Assembly (NCBI GenBank): GCA_965205485.1
Contig: OZ242180.1
Coordinates: 3,904,001 to 3,968,000, forward strand
From: Candidatus Latescibacterota bacterium
GTDB lineage: Bacteria > Latescibacterota > UBA2968 > GCA-2709665
DNA length: 64,000 nt
Reading direction: 5' to 3'
Shown: positions 10,280-19,781 of the stretch, one piece after another
How positions within the stretch are numbered: the first letter of the stretch is position 1
Layout of the letters: every line of letters starts with the position of its first letter
Notes under the pieces: model-generated
Databases searched by the model: none
What the model was told of the DNA's origin: nothing
What the model saw: the letters and a program-made list of their open reading frames with translations, nothing else
Position numbers and translations under genes: made by a program

Positions 10280-11479
10280 GTGGGTGCGTTTCGCAGGGTG
10301 ATCGGGCTGATGTCGGGTACGTCAGCCGACGGCGTCGATGCGGCCCTCGTCGACGTCGGGATCGAGGCCGCCGGGGTCCGGCTGATTGCGTTCACGGGTT
10401 TGCCGTACCCCCCTGAACTGCGGCGGGAGATCCTGGATGTCTCGGACGCCGGATGCGGTGCGGTGGACAGGATATGCAGGCTGCACGCCGTTCTTGGCGA
10501 GTGGTTTGCCAGAGCCGCATTCAACGTGTGCCGCGAAGCGGGTACGGAAATGTCCACGGTGGATCTCATCGGGTCGCACGGACAGACCGTGCACCACCTG
10601 CCGGCGGCCTACAGCGCGTTCGGAGTGGTCACGCGATCCTCACTGCAGATCGCCGACCCGTGTGTGATCGCGGAACGGACCGGCGTCACTACGGTCGCTG
10701 ACTTCCGCGCGCGGGACCTGGCGGCGGGAGGACAGGGTGCGCCGCTCGTTCCACTGGTGGACTATCTTCTGTTCCGGTCCGGACGCGAGGGGCGCGTGCT
10801 GCTGAATATCGGCGGGATTTCCAACGTTACCGTGCTGCCCGCGGGTTGCGGGCCGGACGATGTCCTGGCGTTCGACACGGGGCCTGGAAACATGCTCCTG
10901 GACGCGCTGGCCGAGGACATTACGGGTGGACGCCTGGCGTACGACGCGGATGGATCAATCGCCGCTTCGGGCGACGTATCGGATTCATTGCTGGGGGAAT
11001 TGATGCGCCATCCGTTTCTGAAAGTGGCGCCGCCCAGGTCGACCGGGAGGGAGACGTTCGGCGCGGCGTTGGTCCGGGACATCCTGTCCTGGCGCGGCCG
11101 CCTGCGGGATGAAGATCTGATCGCCACGGCGACGGCGTTTACCGCGCGAAGCATCGCGGATGCGTTAGAGCGGTTTGTCCTGCCGGTGAGTCCGATCGGC
11201 AGGGTGGCCGTCAGCGGCGGCGGCGTACGAAATCCGGTTCTGATCAAGATGCTGCGCGCCGCGCTCCCGGACATCGACGTCTGTCATTCCGATGCGCTGG
11301 GCGTACCCGGGGATGCCAAGGAGGCGATTGCTTTTGCGGTGCTGGCCAATGCCACGGTGGAGGGCCGGCCCGGCAATCTACCAGCGGCAACGGGTGCGTC
11401 CGGTTCCGTCGTTCTCGGTGTGGTTGCACCCGGTGGAAAATGCGGGATTTCGATTGATTCGGCCGATGGGATTGTGTAA
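10280..11479 (+). CDS. anmK: anhydro-N-acetylmuramic acid kinase
   Basis: IGLMSGTSADGVD, GSHGQT, DFRARDLAAGGQGAPLVP, LNIGGISN, FDTGPGN, KEAIAFA. Confidence 0.95.
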   Translation: MGAFRRVIGLMSGTSADGVDAALVDVGIEAAGVRLIAFTGLPYPPELRREILDVSDAGCGAVDRICRLHAVLGEWFARAAFNVCREAGTEMSTVDLIGSHGQTVHHLPAAYSAFGVVTRSSLQIADPCVIAERTGVTTVADFRARDLAAGGQGAPLVPLVDYLLFRSGREGRVLLNIGGISNVTVLPAGCGPDDVLAFDTGPGNMLLDALAEDITGGRLAYDADGSIAASGDVSDSLLGELMRHPFLKVAPPRSTGRETFGAALVRDILSWRGRLRDEDLIATATAFTARSIADALERFVLPVSPIGRVAVSGGGVRNPVLIKMLRAALPDIDVCHSDALGVPGDAKEAIAFAVLANATVEGRPGNLPAATGASGSVVLGVVAPGGKCGISIDSADGIV

Positions 11480-11647
11480 ATTTAACCTTGATTCTTAATT
11501 TTTCGGGGACGTAAAACCGAATATTTGCAAGTAGATAAAGGCGATTGGACTGCGGATAACCAGGATACACCGGGTCACTGGACGTCAACTGAAAAAATGT
11601 CGTTTCGGACGACCTTTACGCCCCGTTTCAGGTCGAGGTCCGATTTT

Positions 11648-12475
11648 ATGGGAATGCAGAATCTGCTAGTGACGGGAACGGCCGCGGCCTACGTCATCAG
11701 CGCGTGCGCTTACGCCGCGAATTTTATACGGATGCGTGCCATTGGGGGTTCCTTCGGGTTCTGGAGCCTGGTCGTGGGCTGGGTGCTGCATAGTGCGTTG
11801 CTCGCGAGAATGGCCATTGCTGCCGGACAGGTTCCCTTGACCAGCCAGGTGCTGCCGTCTCTATGCGCCTGGCTGGTTGTTATTGTCTTTCTTTACCTGG
11901 AATTCGGCACGTGTCGCGGTTCGCTGGGCGCGCTGGTCGTTCCCATCGTTGCGGTGCTGCACATGGTTGCCGCTTCCAACCTGATTGGAGCCGAAGGCAC
12001 GCCAAGAGTGGCGCACACCGGTGGGTGGTTCAAGCTCCACGTGTTCGCTTACATTCTGGCATACGCGGCGTTTGCCATATCCAGTGTCAGCGCAACGATG
12101 TACGTGATGCTGTTGGGCGAGATTCAGAAGAAACATCTCGGCTTTTTCTACGATCGTCTGCCGCCGCTGGATACACTCGACCAGACCAACAACCGCGCCG
12201 CGTCTTTCGGTTTCGTTTTCCTGACGGCAGGTATCGTGGCGAGTTCCGTCTGGGTTCACCAGAAGATGTACAGGCTTTGGATCTGGAACGAACCGGCGTT
12301 CTGGGTGCTGCTGGTGACATGGGTTGTCTATGCGGGGCATCTTGGGGCCCGAAGGATCGCCGGGTGGCAGGGTAAGCGGGCGGCGTTCATGTCAATTCTC
12401 GGATTCGTGCTCGTCGTGTTTACGTTTCCCGTCATGGGCCTGCTGTTTCCCGGAAAACACGTTATCGCACAGTAG
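11648..12475 (+). CDS. ccsA: cytochrome c assembly protein (CcsA/HemX family)
   Basis: multi-TM; LHV motif; RLPPLDTLD; GWQGKRAA; first gene of the hem operon; start (11648 or 11654) inferred. Confidence 0.75.
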   Translation: MGMQNLLVTGTAAAYVISACAYAANFIRMRAIGGSFGFWSLVVGWVLHSALLARMAIAAGQVPLTSQVLPSLCAWLVVIVFLYLEFGTCRGSLGALVVPIVAVLHMVAASNLIGAEGTPRVAHTGGWFKLHVFAYILAYAAFAISSVSATMYVMLLGEIQKKHLGFFYDRLPPLDTLDQTNNRAASFGFVFLTAGIVASSVWVHQKMYRLWIWNEPAFWVLLVTWVVYAGHLGARRIAGWQGKRAAFMSILGFVLVVFTFPVMGLLFPGKHVIAQ

Positions 12476-12495
12476 GTCGATTCGCGTGAGTTCAC

Positions 12496-13137
12496 ATGGC
12501 AGGCCAGTGTGTTGAATACCCGATCTTTCTGAATCTGACGAACAGGAAATGTGTCGTCGTCGGCGGCGGAAGCGTTGCCGAGCGGAAAGTGATGGGTCTG
12601 GTCGCCGCGGGAGCGCGCGTGTCGGTGATCGCGCCCGTGGTTTCGGAATCGCTGGAGAGCCTGGCCGCTGACGAACGTATTCAACTGGAGCGCCGCCACT
12701 TTCATCGGTGCGACGTCAAGGGCGCCGTCCTGGTTTTCGCCGCGACGGAAACGAGCCCGGTGAACGACGAGGTCGAGCGTGCGGCGGGAGAAAACGGGGT
12801 TCCGGTCAATCGCGCTGACGTGACGGGCGCGGGAGACTTTACCGTACCTTCCACACTGCGTCGCGGCGGGTTTCAGGTGGCGGTTTCAACCGGTGGGGCC
12901 AGCCCGGCCTATGCTCGTATGGTAAGGCGGCATCTTGAGGATGTCCTGGGACGGGAACACGGCAGTGTGGTGGACTATCTGGGCCGTTTGCGTCCGCGGG
13001 TAATGGCGCGGTTTCCCGATAGTCCCGCGCGGCGAAAAGCCGTATGGGACCTGCTTGTCAACTGGGAGACCGTGGACCTGGTTCGACGGGAACGGTGGGA
13101 TGAACTCGACAGGAAAGTACGGGCATGTCTATCGTAG
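12496..13137 (+). CDS. sirC: precorrin-2 dehydrogenase / sirohydrochlorin ferrochelatase (SirC/CysG-B)
   Basis: YPIFLNL..VVVGGGSVAERKV; VAVSTGGASP. Confidence 0.88.
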   Translation: MAGQCVEYPIFLNLTNRKCVVVGGGSVAERKVMGLVAAGARVSVIAPVVSESLESLAADERIQLERRHFHRCDVKGAVLVFAATETSPVNDEVERAAGENGVPVNRADVTGAGDFTVPSTLRRGGFQVAVSTGGASPAYARMVRRHLEDVLGREHGSVVDYLGRLRPRVMARFPDSPARRKAVWDLLVNWETVDLVRRERWDELDRKVRACLS

Positions 13138-14450
13138 TGGTGGGATTGAACCACCGAACGGCTTCGGTGGATGTCCGGGACCGCGTGTCGGTTTCCGAAC
13201 AGAAGCACGGGTCCATCCTTGAACAGTTGTACGCGCTCGGCTCCGTGGTTGAATGCAGCCTCATTTCAACCTGCAATCGTTCCGAAGCCTACGTCATAAC
13301 CGACGATCCCGACACCGCACGCGCGGGCGTCATCGGCGTATTTGGCGAAATCAGCGGGATCGACGCCGGTGAGTTGGGCGAATTCACATTCACCCGCAAC
13401 GATCTGGATGCCGTTCGACACCTTCTGTGCGTTGCGTCGGGGCTCGATTCGATGATCATGGGAGAGCCGCAGATCGCGGGTCAGGTGAAGGACGCGGGCG
13501 CCCGCGCGCTGGAAGCGGGAACGAGCGGCACCGTTCTGAACCGGTTGTTTCGTTCGGCCGTAGAAACCTCGAAACGGGCCAGAACGGAAACCGAAATCGC
13601 CGACGGCGCGGTTTCGGTCAGTTTCGCGGCCGTGGCGCTGGCAAAGAAGATCCTGGGCAAATTGGACGAAAGGACGGCCCTGGTGCTGGGTGCTGGGGAG
13701 ATGAGCGAACTGACCGCCAGGCACCTTGTGGACAGCGGGGTCGGGCGACTGATGGTGTCCAGCCGTACGTTCTCCCGGGCGCGTGATCTTGCGAAGCGGG
13801 TGAACGGAAAGGCGTTGTCGTGGCCGGATGCGATGGAGGGCCTGCACCGGGCCGACATCGTCATCAGTTCAACCAGCGCGACAGTCCCGATTCTCGAGAG
13901 GCAACGCATTGCGCTCGCGATGCAGAAGCGCCGGAATAACGCCATGTTTCTCATCGATATCGCGGTGCCGAGAGACATCGACCCGGAAGCGGGATCTCTC
14001 TACAACGTGTTTTTGTACGATATCGACGATCTGCAGGCGGTCGTGGGGGCGAATATGCAGAAAAGGCGGCGTGAGGCGGAGAAGGCACGGCATATCGTTG
14101 ACGAAGAGGTGAGGGTTTTCTCTTCGTGGCTGAATTCGTTGGACGTGGTACCCGCCATCGTGGCGATGCGCCGGCGATTCCAGGAACTCCTCGAAGAGGA
14201 ACTGGAACGGGCCCGGCTGTCGGATCTTTCCGAGATACAACAGGAGAAGGTGGCAGGACTCCTGAGGCTTTACATGAACAAGCTTCTGCACGCGCCTCAG
14301 GTCAGGTTGCGCGAAGCCGCCGATTCAGGTGAGGCGCTGACTTATGTCGACGCGCTCGTCCGCCTGTTCGATCTGGATGCAGCCCCGATCCGGGCGGCGA
14401 AATCGTCAACACAGGAAGCACCCGCGGAAAGGGTGCGGACCGAATGCTGA
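13125..14450 (+). CDS. hemA: glutamyl-tRNA reductase
   Basis: GLNHRTA, STCNRSE, SGLDSMIMGEPQI, GAGEM, IDIAVPRDI. Confidence 0.97.
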   Translation: MSIVVVGLNHRTASVDVRDRVSVSEQKHGSILEQLYALGSVVECSLISTCNRSEAYVITDDPDTARAGVIGVFGEISGIDAGELGEFTFTRNDLDAVRHLLCVASGLDSMIMGEPQIAGQVKDAGARALEAGTSGTVLNRLFRSAVETSKRARTETEIADGAVSVSFAAVALAKKILGKLDERTALVLGAGEMSELTARHLVDSGVGRLMVSSRTFSRARDLAKRVNGKALSWPDAMEGLHRADIVISSTSATVPILERQRIALAMQKRRNNAMFLIDIAVPRDIDPEAGSLYNVFLYDIDDLQAVVGANMQKRRREAEKARHIVDEEVRVFSSWLNSLDVVPAIVAMRRRFQELLEEELERARLSDLSEIQQEKVAGLLRLYMNKLLHAPQVRLREAADSGEALTYVDALVRLFDLDAAPIRAAKSSTQEAPAERVRTEC

Positions 14451-15364
14451 CGCATCTTGTGATCGGCAGCCGCGGCAGCCCCCTCGCCCTCTGGCAGGCG
14501 GGCTGGGCCAGAACGATGCTGCTGAATGCGATTCCCGGCCTTGAAGTTCGCATCGACGTCATCAGAACCAGGGCGGATCGTGAACCGGACGAGCCCGTCG
14601 CCCGGATGGGAGGCAAACGCGTCTTTACCAGGGAAATCGAAGAGGCGCTCCTCGATGGACGAGTCGACCTGGCAGTACATTCCCTGAAAGACATGCCGAC
14701 CCGGCTGCCTGGAGGTTTGCGGCTGGCGGCCACCACCCGCCGCTGGGACGTCCGGGACGCGCTGGTCAGTTGTGCCGGACACAACCTCGAGAATCTGCCC
14801 GATGGCACGGTCGTGGGTACGGGCAGCCTGAGGCGCCAGGCGCAGTTGCGGCACATCAGACCCGACCTGAACGTGGAAGAGATTCGCGGAAACGTGGATA
14901 CCCGGATGCGGAAGCTGGATGCAGGTGAAGTCGAGGCGGTCGTGCTGGCAGCGGCGGGTCTGCGCAGGCTCGGATTGGCTGGTCGCGTGAGCGAGTTCCT
15001 CCCGGCAGAACGATTCCTTCCGGCCCCCGGACAGGGTGCGCTGGGGATCGAGATCAGACAGGACGATGACCGCGTCGCGCAGGCGGTGCGCTGTCTGCAT
15101 GATCGCTGCACTCATTCGGCCGTGAGTGCAGAGCGAGCAATGCTGGATGACCTCGAGGGAGGATGTCAGATGCCGGTTGGCGCCTGGGCGCGGTTGGACG
15201 AGGGGGGTCTCATTGCAGACGGGATGGTGGCCGTCCCCGACGGCGGCAGGGTTGTCCGCGCACGGACGACGGGAGACCCGGATGCATCAACTGACGTCGG
15301 CAGGAGACTTTCAGAGTTGCTGATTGAGCGCGGGGCCAGGGAGATTCTGAGAGACGTCCTGTAG
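14444..15364 (+). CDS. hemC: hydroxymethylbilane synthase
   Basis: GSRGSPLALWQ, DLAVHSLKD, GTGSLRRQAQ, RGNVDTR, PAPGQG, LEGGC. Confidence 0.97.
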   Translation: MLTHLVIGSRGSPLALWQAGWARTMLLNAIPGLEVRIDVIRTRADREPDEPVARMGGKRVFTREIEEALLDGRVDLAVHSLKDMPTRLPGGLRLAATTRRWDVRDALVSCAGHNLENLPDGTVVGTGSLRRQAQLRHIRPDLNVEEIRGNVDTRMRKLDAGEVEAVVLAAAGLRRLGLAGRVSEFLPAERFLPAPGQGALGIEIRQDDDRVAQAVRCLHDRCTHSAVSAERAMLDDLEGGCQMPVGAWARLDEGGLIADGMVAVPDGGRVVRARTTGDPDASTDVGRRLSELLIERGAREILRDVL

Positions 15365-15427
15365 GCCGCAGGTCAGCGTCAACAGTTCAAGGGAGGACAC
15401 CCGGATCCGTGGCGGTTTGGGACGATT

Positions 15428-16975
15428 ATGGCGAAAGGCGCGGTTTTTCTTGTTGGCGCAGGGCCGGGAGATCCCGAACTGATTACAATAAAGGCCCTTC
15501 GCCGCATCCGGAAAGCTGATGTAATCCTTTACGACAGCCTGGCCAATCCGGCATTGCTGGACGAGGCGCCGCCCCATTGTGAGCGGATCGACGTGGGGAA
15601 ACGTCCCGGCGCCCAGTCGCGGCAGCAGGACCGGATCAACCGCCTGATGGTCGAACGCGCGGAGAAGGGGCTGAGGGTGGTGCGTCTGAAGGGAGGGGAC
15701 CCGTTTCTGTTCGGGCGCGGCGGAGAGGAAATGGCAACGCTGAACGAGGCGGGCATCGTATTTGAAGTGATTCCCGGGATTACCAGCGCGATCGCCGCAC
15801 CCGCATACGCGGGTATACCGGTCACCCAACGGGCGATCGCGCCGCATGTGACGATTATAACGGGTCACCGCGAGTCCCTGGATGCGCTCCCTGAAGTAGA
15901 CTGGCGCGCGCTGGGCCATCTGGGGGGCACGCTGGTCGTGTTGATGGGTGTACGGAATCGCGGGGAGGTCGCCCGGAGATTGATCCGGGCCGGTCGTTCA
16001 GCCGATACGCCTGTGGCGGTCGTGCAGGACGGTACGTTGCCGGGTCAGAAGACAGTCCGGTGTACGCTTGGTACTCTGGCCGACGTGGAGGCAGCCAGCC
16101 CCGCGGCCATTGTGGTGGGTGAAGTGGCCTCGTCCGACTTTCCGTGGTTCGAACGGCTTCCGCTCTTCGGAAGGCGGATCATGATAACGCGAAGCCGGAA
16201 TCAGGCCGGGGATCTGCGCGGCATGTTGACGGGGCTTGGGGCCGAAGTTCTGGTGGCCCCCGCCATCGAGATCGTGGATCCGCATGACTGGTCGCAGGTG
16301 GATGCCGCAATCGGAGAGTTGGACCGGTTCGACTGGCTCGTATTTGCCAGTGGAAACGCCATCGAGCGCTTCTTGAGGCGGGTGCGAACGTTGCGCGGCA
16401 ACATCGACGGGTTGTCGGACGTCAGGGTTGCCGTCGTGGGTCGGAATTCCGCGGATAAGGTTCGAAATGCGGGCCTGAACGTGGATCTGTGCCCGCGCCG
16501 GCACACGGCAGCAGACCTTGCGGAACAGTTCGCCGGAGTCAACGTGTCCGGGCTGCGCGTGCTGATTCCGCGGGCGGAAACGGGGCGAAGGACAATACCG
16601 GATGCTCTACGCGCGCTGGGTGCGCGCGTGCGGGAGGTCATTGTCTACCGGACTGTGAAACCGCCGGGCGTTTCAGGTCAAGTCAAGGAACGCCTTCAGC
16701 GGAAGGAAGTCGACATGGTTGTTTTTTCAAGTCCCTCTGCCGCATTGAATTGCATGGAATTATTCAAGCAATTCGATATGCCTGAGTTTGCACGGACACT
16801 CCCGGCCGCCTGTCTCGGGCCCACATCGGCGGAGGCGGCTCGGAATCTGGGCTTTTCGGTTGTCGCGCAAGCCGCGGACCGGGACGTCGGTATCGCCGGA
16901 CTCGTCGACTCGATTCAGGATTTCTTCGGCGATCCGGAGCGGGGCGGTGGTCCATCCGTTTCGCGGTACCGGTAG
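15428..16975 (+). CDS. cobA: fused uroporphyrinogen-III C-methyltransferase / uroporphyrinogen-III synthase (CobA-HemD)
   Basis: LVGAGPGDPELIT, RLKGGDPFLFGRGGEE, PGITS; C-terminal HemD domain (PLFGRRIMITR, FSSPS). Confidence 0.93.
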   Translation: MAKGAVFLVGAGPGDPELITIKALRRIRKADVILYDSLANPALLDEAPPHCERIDVGKRPGAQSRQQDRINRLMVERAEKGLRVVRLKGGDPFLFGRGGEEMATLNEAGIVFEVIPGITSAIAAPAYAGIPVTQRAIAPHVTIITGHRESLDALPEVDWRALGHLGGTLVVLMGVRNRGEVARRLIRAGRSADTPVAVVQDGTLPGQKTVRCTLGTLADVEAASPAAIVVGEVASSDFPWFERLPLFGRRIMITRSRNQAGDLRGMLTGLGAEVLVAPAIEIVDPHDWSQVDAAIGELDRFDWLVFASGNAIERFLRRVRTLRGNIDGLSDVRVAVVGRNSADKVRNAGLNVDLCPRRHTAADLAEQFAGVNVSGLRVLIPRAETGRRTIPDALRALGARVREVIVYRTVKPPGVSGQVKERLQRKEVDMVVFSSPSAALNCMELFKQFDMPEFARTLPAACLGPTSAEAARNLGFSVVAQAADRDVGIAGLVDSIQDFFGDPERGGGPSVSRYR

Positions 16976-17024
16976 ACCGTTTCAGGACATCGGGTCTTTC
17001 TCACGGCATCGCCGCATTTGACTG

Positions 17025-17053
17025 TTGACACGGGGCAGTGTACCACGTAAATT
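17025..17053 (+). promoter_or_regulatory. putative sigma70 promoter
   Basis: TTGACA-17 nt-TAAATT upstream of RBS AAAGGAG and ATG 17107. Confidence 0.65.
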
Positions 17054-17106
17054 TAACGAGACAGGATTCACAGCGAGGTTTTTCTGAACTCCGAAAGGAG
17101 GCGGTT

Positions 17107-17907
17107 ATGCGACAGATTCTCGTTTTTCTGGCACTTGCCATGGCGGGCACCGCATCTGCAGGAGAAATGACCGATGGTTTGACCATTACCGGCGGTCAGA
17201 ATTCGTTCGCACGTCTGACGATTGAGCGGGCGGACGCGCCGGACACCGAACATGGAGTCCTGAAGTTGCGTGTTTCGCTTGTTCAGGCCAAAAACCTGAA
17301 GGGGTACGGATTCTCGCTGAACTACGACGAGGGAAAATACGAATTTATCGAAGCCAGGGAGATCGACGGCAACCTGCTGTCGTCCCGGTCTGAACGGAAT
17401 ACGCTCTTCCTTTCCTCTAGCCGGACGCCCGGCAAACTGGATATCGGCGCCATGAAGGTCGACGGCGAGGGGGCCAGCGGCGACGGTGGTCTCGTCGAGC
17501 TCGTCTTCAAAACGACTGAAACCCCGCTGCCAACGGATTTCCAGGTGGCTGAAGGCGTTCTGGTCGGGCTCGATGGAAATATCGATATGCTCACCCAAAT
17601 AGAAATCGGAAACCTGAAACCGTTGCCCGACCGAACGGACCTGAGCCAGAATATGCCGAATCCTTTCAACCCCTCCACAACGATCGAGTATCAGATCGCG
17701 GAGGCCGGACAGGTCAGATTGGCCATCTACAATCTCCTCGGGCAGGAGGTGCGTATTCTGGTGGACACGCGTAACGAAGCGGGCCACTATACGGCAACCT
17801 GGGATGGCAAGGACCAGCTCGGAAGGCAGGTCGCCAGCGGGATCTACCTGTACCGTCTGCAGGCTGCGAATTTCTCCGCGTCCAGGCGGATGATGCTGTT
17901 GAAATGA
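17107..17907 (+). CDS. secreted cohesin-like domain protein with C-terminal FlgD-Ig / T9SS type A-like sorting domain
   Basis: signal peptide MRQILVFLALAMAGTASA; LKGYGFSLNYD..SGDGGLVELVF; LSQNMPNPFNPSTTI..IYNLLGQEV..WDG.D..G..VASGIYLY..MMLLK. Confidence 0.85.
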   Translation: MRQILVFLALAMAGTASAGEMTDGLTITGGQNSFARLTIERADAPDTEHGVLKLRVSLVQAKNLKGYGFSLNYDEGKYEFIEAREIDGNLLSSRSERNTLFLSSSRTPGKLDIGAMKVDGEGASGDGGLVELVFKTTETPLPTDFQVAEGVLVGLDGNIDMLTQIEIGNLKPLPDRTDLSQNMPNPFNPSTTIEYQIAEAGQVRLAIYNLLGQEVRILVDTRNEAGHYTATWDGKDQLGRQVASGIYLYRLQAANFSASRRMMLLK

Positions 17908-17927
17908 CATCATTGGTGTGGCGCTGC

Positions 17928-17969
17928 AAAAGAGAGGTCGCCTCTATGCCGGAGGCGGCCTTTCTTGTT
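17928..17969 (+). terminator. rho-independent terminator
   Basis: AGGTCGCCTCT-ATGCC-GGAGGCGGCCT hairpin followed by TTTCTTGTT. Confidence 0.7.
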
Positions 17970-18134
17970 CTGCGACGGGTGTAAATATCGTCGGTCGGGA
18001 ATGCGACGGGGATGCCCCGGTTCCCCCTGCGAGCACGATTATGTGAATGCCCTCCCTGTCTCGGGGCGCGTTCTCTACTGTTCTGCAAAGCGCCTGACTT
18101 CGACGGCCGGCATGAAGAAGGAGTTGAGGTCATT

Positions 18135-19766
18135 ATGAACGCTTCCGGGTTGCGGGAGAATTGCGGTATTGTTTTGGTGGGCCTGTTGCCGTGGCTTTCC
18201 GGTGCCGTTGCGGACGTTTCGGGCAGCGAAGTTGCGAGGGCTCCGACGGTCAATGCCGGGAGTCGCATCACGGTCGAACTGTTCGTGATGGCGCACTGTC
18301 CGTACGGGATGCGGGCGGAAGCCGCCCTTGCGCCAACCGTCGAGGCATTTGGCGAAAGCATCGACTTCCGCCTGCATTTCATCGCTCAGGAGGCCGGAAA
18401 GGACCCCGAGCCCGCCGGTCCGATCAGACCGCTCATGCCGCTCCGGAGCCGCAGCGAATCCTGCGAATCCAGCGCCGTATCCGGTTCCGGCCCATTCCTG
18501 AGTCTGCATGGCGACGCCGAAGTGGAGGAGGGAGTCCGGCAGGTCGTGATGATGAATTTGTATCCCGACCGTTTCTATGACTATATTCTGGACAGAAATG
18601 AAAACATGGCGTCTCCGGATTGGCAGACCAGCGCCACCCGGGCAGGAATCGATGCGGAACGGGTGGCGGAAATTGCCTCCGGCGCAAAGGGCGAGACGCT
18701 TTTCCGCGAGAACATCCGGAGGGCGATTCAGCTGGGTGTCAGAGCGTCACCGACCCTTTACGTGAACGGTATGGAAGTTAAAGGTGGAATTGAAACGCAG
18801 GGCCTGGCCCGCCGTATCTGCGGTCTGGACAGCCTGGCGGGCCCCTGCGCTTCCGTGCCCGTTTGCGGAACGGACCGGGATTGTGTGTCGCCGGGACGGG
18901 TGGGCGTCTGCGTTAACCCCGGGAAGCCCGCGGCGTCGTGCAGGTTCAGCAATCCCGTTGTCTTCAGGATGACGGTCCTGAACGATACCCTATGCGACCT
19001 TTGCGACCCGGCATTGTTCGTCCGGTCCACGCGAGAACTGTTCCCCGGCGTGGACGTTCAGACGCTCAATGTACATTCCCGCCGGGGGAGGATGCTGGTG
19101 GACCGGTTTCAGGTCGACCGGGTGCCGGCGTTTATCCTCGACGTGGAATTTGAGAAGACGGCCCGATTTCGACGATTTGCAAATGCCGTCTATTCGATTC
19201 GCGGCAGTTACATGCCAAGGCCCGTACTCGTACCTGTGTCCCGGCTGATGGGCAGGAAGGCGGACCCGGGCCGAATGGATTTCTTCTTTGCGGGGGCGTC
19301 TCCGGCGACGGGGCGTGTCGCCGGAGACCTGCAGTCCTGGCTGGATGCCGTCGATGCCCGGGAACGTCTGCGCCTCCATCCGATGGGGCAGGATGAAAAC
19401 GCGTTCCCCGGCCTGTGTGTCCGTCAGCTCTATCCCGATCGGTACCGGGCCTTTGCAATGTGCGTTTTCCGGGGCGCTTCGAAACGCGGAGGCAGGGAAT
19501 CCTACGCCGCCTGTCTGAGACAGCAGGAGATCGACGTCAAACGTATCGGGCGTTGCGTCGAAGCCGATGGCGCCGCCCTGGCTGCGCGGTCCCGGGTTTC
19601 GGCGCGTAGAGCGGGGATGGACCCGTCGATGAGTCCTTCATTATTGCTGGACGGCCGATTCGTCGTCACGAGCAGGATGCTTCCGCAGGCCCGCGACTTG
19701 TTCTACCGGCTGAACCCGGAGCTCCTTGATCGGGACAAGGCATATATGGAGAACAGGAAGAAGTGA
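18135..19766 (+). CDS. exported multi-domain thioredoxin-fold (GILT/DsbA-like) Cys-rich protein
   Basis: VELFVMAHCPYG, FLSLHGDAEVEE, LGVRASPTLYVNG cis-Pro motif, CDLC, Cys-rich linker; start inferred. Confidence 0.65.
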   Translation: MNASGLRENCGIVLVGLLPWLSGAVADVSGSEVARAPTVNAGSRITVELFVMAHCPYGMRAEAALAPTVEAFGESIDFRLHFIAQEAGKDPEPAGPIRPLMPLRSRSESCESSAVSGSGPFLSLHGDAEVEEGVRQVVMMNLYPDRFYDYILDRNENMASPDWQTSATRAGIDAERVAEIASGAKGETLFRENIRRAIQLGVRASPTLYVNGMEVKGGIETQGLARRICGLDSLAGPCASVPVCGTDRDCVSPGRVGVCVNPGKPAASCRFSNPVVFRMTVLNDTLCDLCDPALFVRSTRELFPGVDVQTLNVHSRRGRMLVDRFQVDRVPAFILDVEFEKTARFRRFANAVYSIRGSYMPRPVLVPVSRLMGRKADPGRMDFFFAGASPATGRVAGDLQSWLDAVDARERLRLHPMGQDENAFPGLCVRQLYPDRYRAFAMCVFRGASKRGGRESYAACLRQQEIDVKRIGRCVEADGAALAARSRVSARRAGMDPSMSPSLLLDGRFVVTSRMLPQARDLFYRLNPELLDRDKAYMENRKK

Positions 19767-19781
19767 GCCCCCTGGAGGCCC

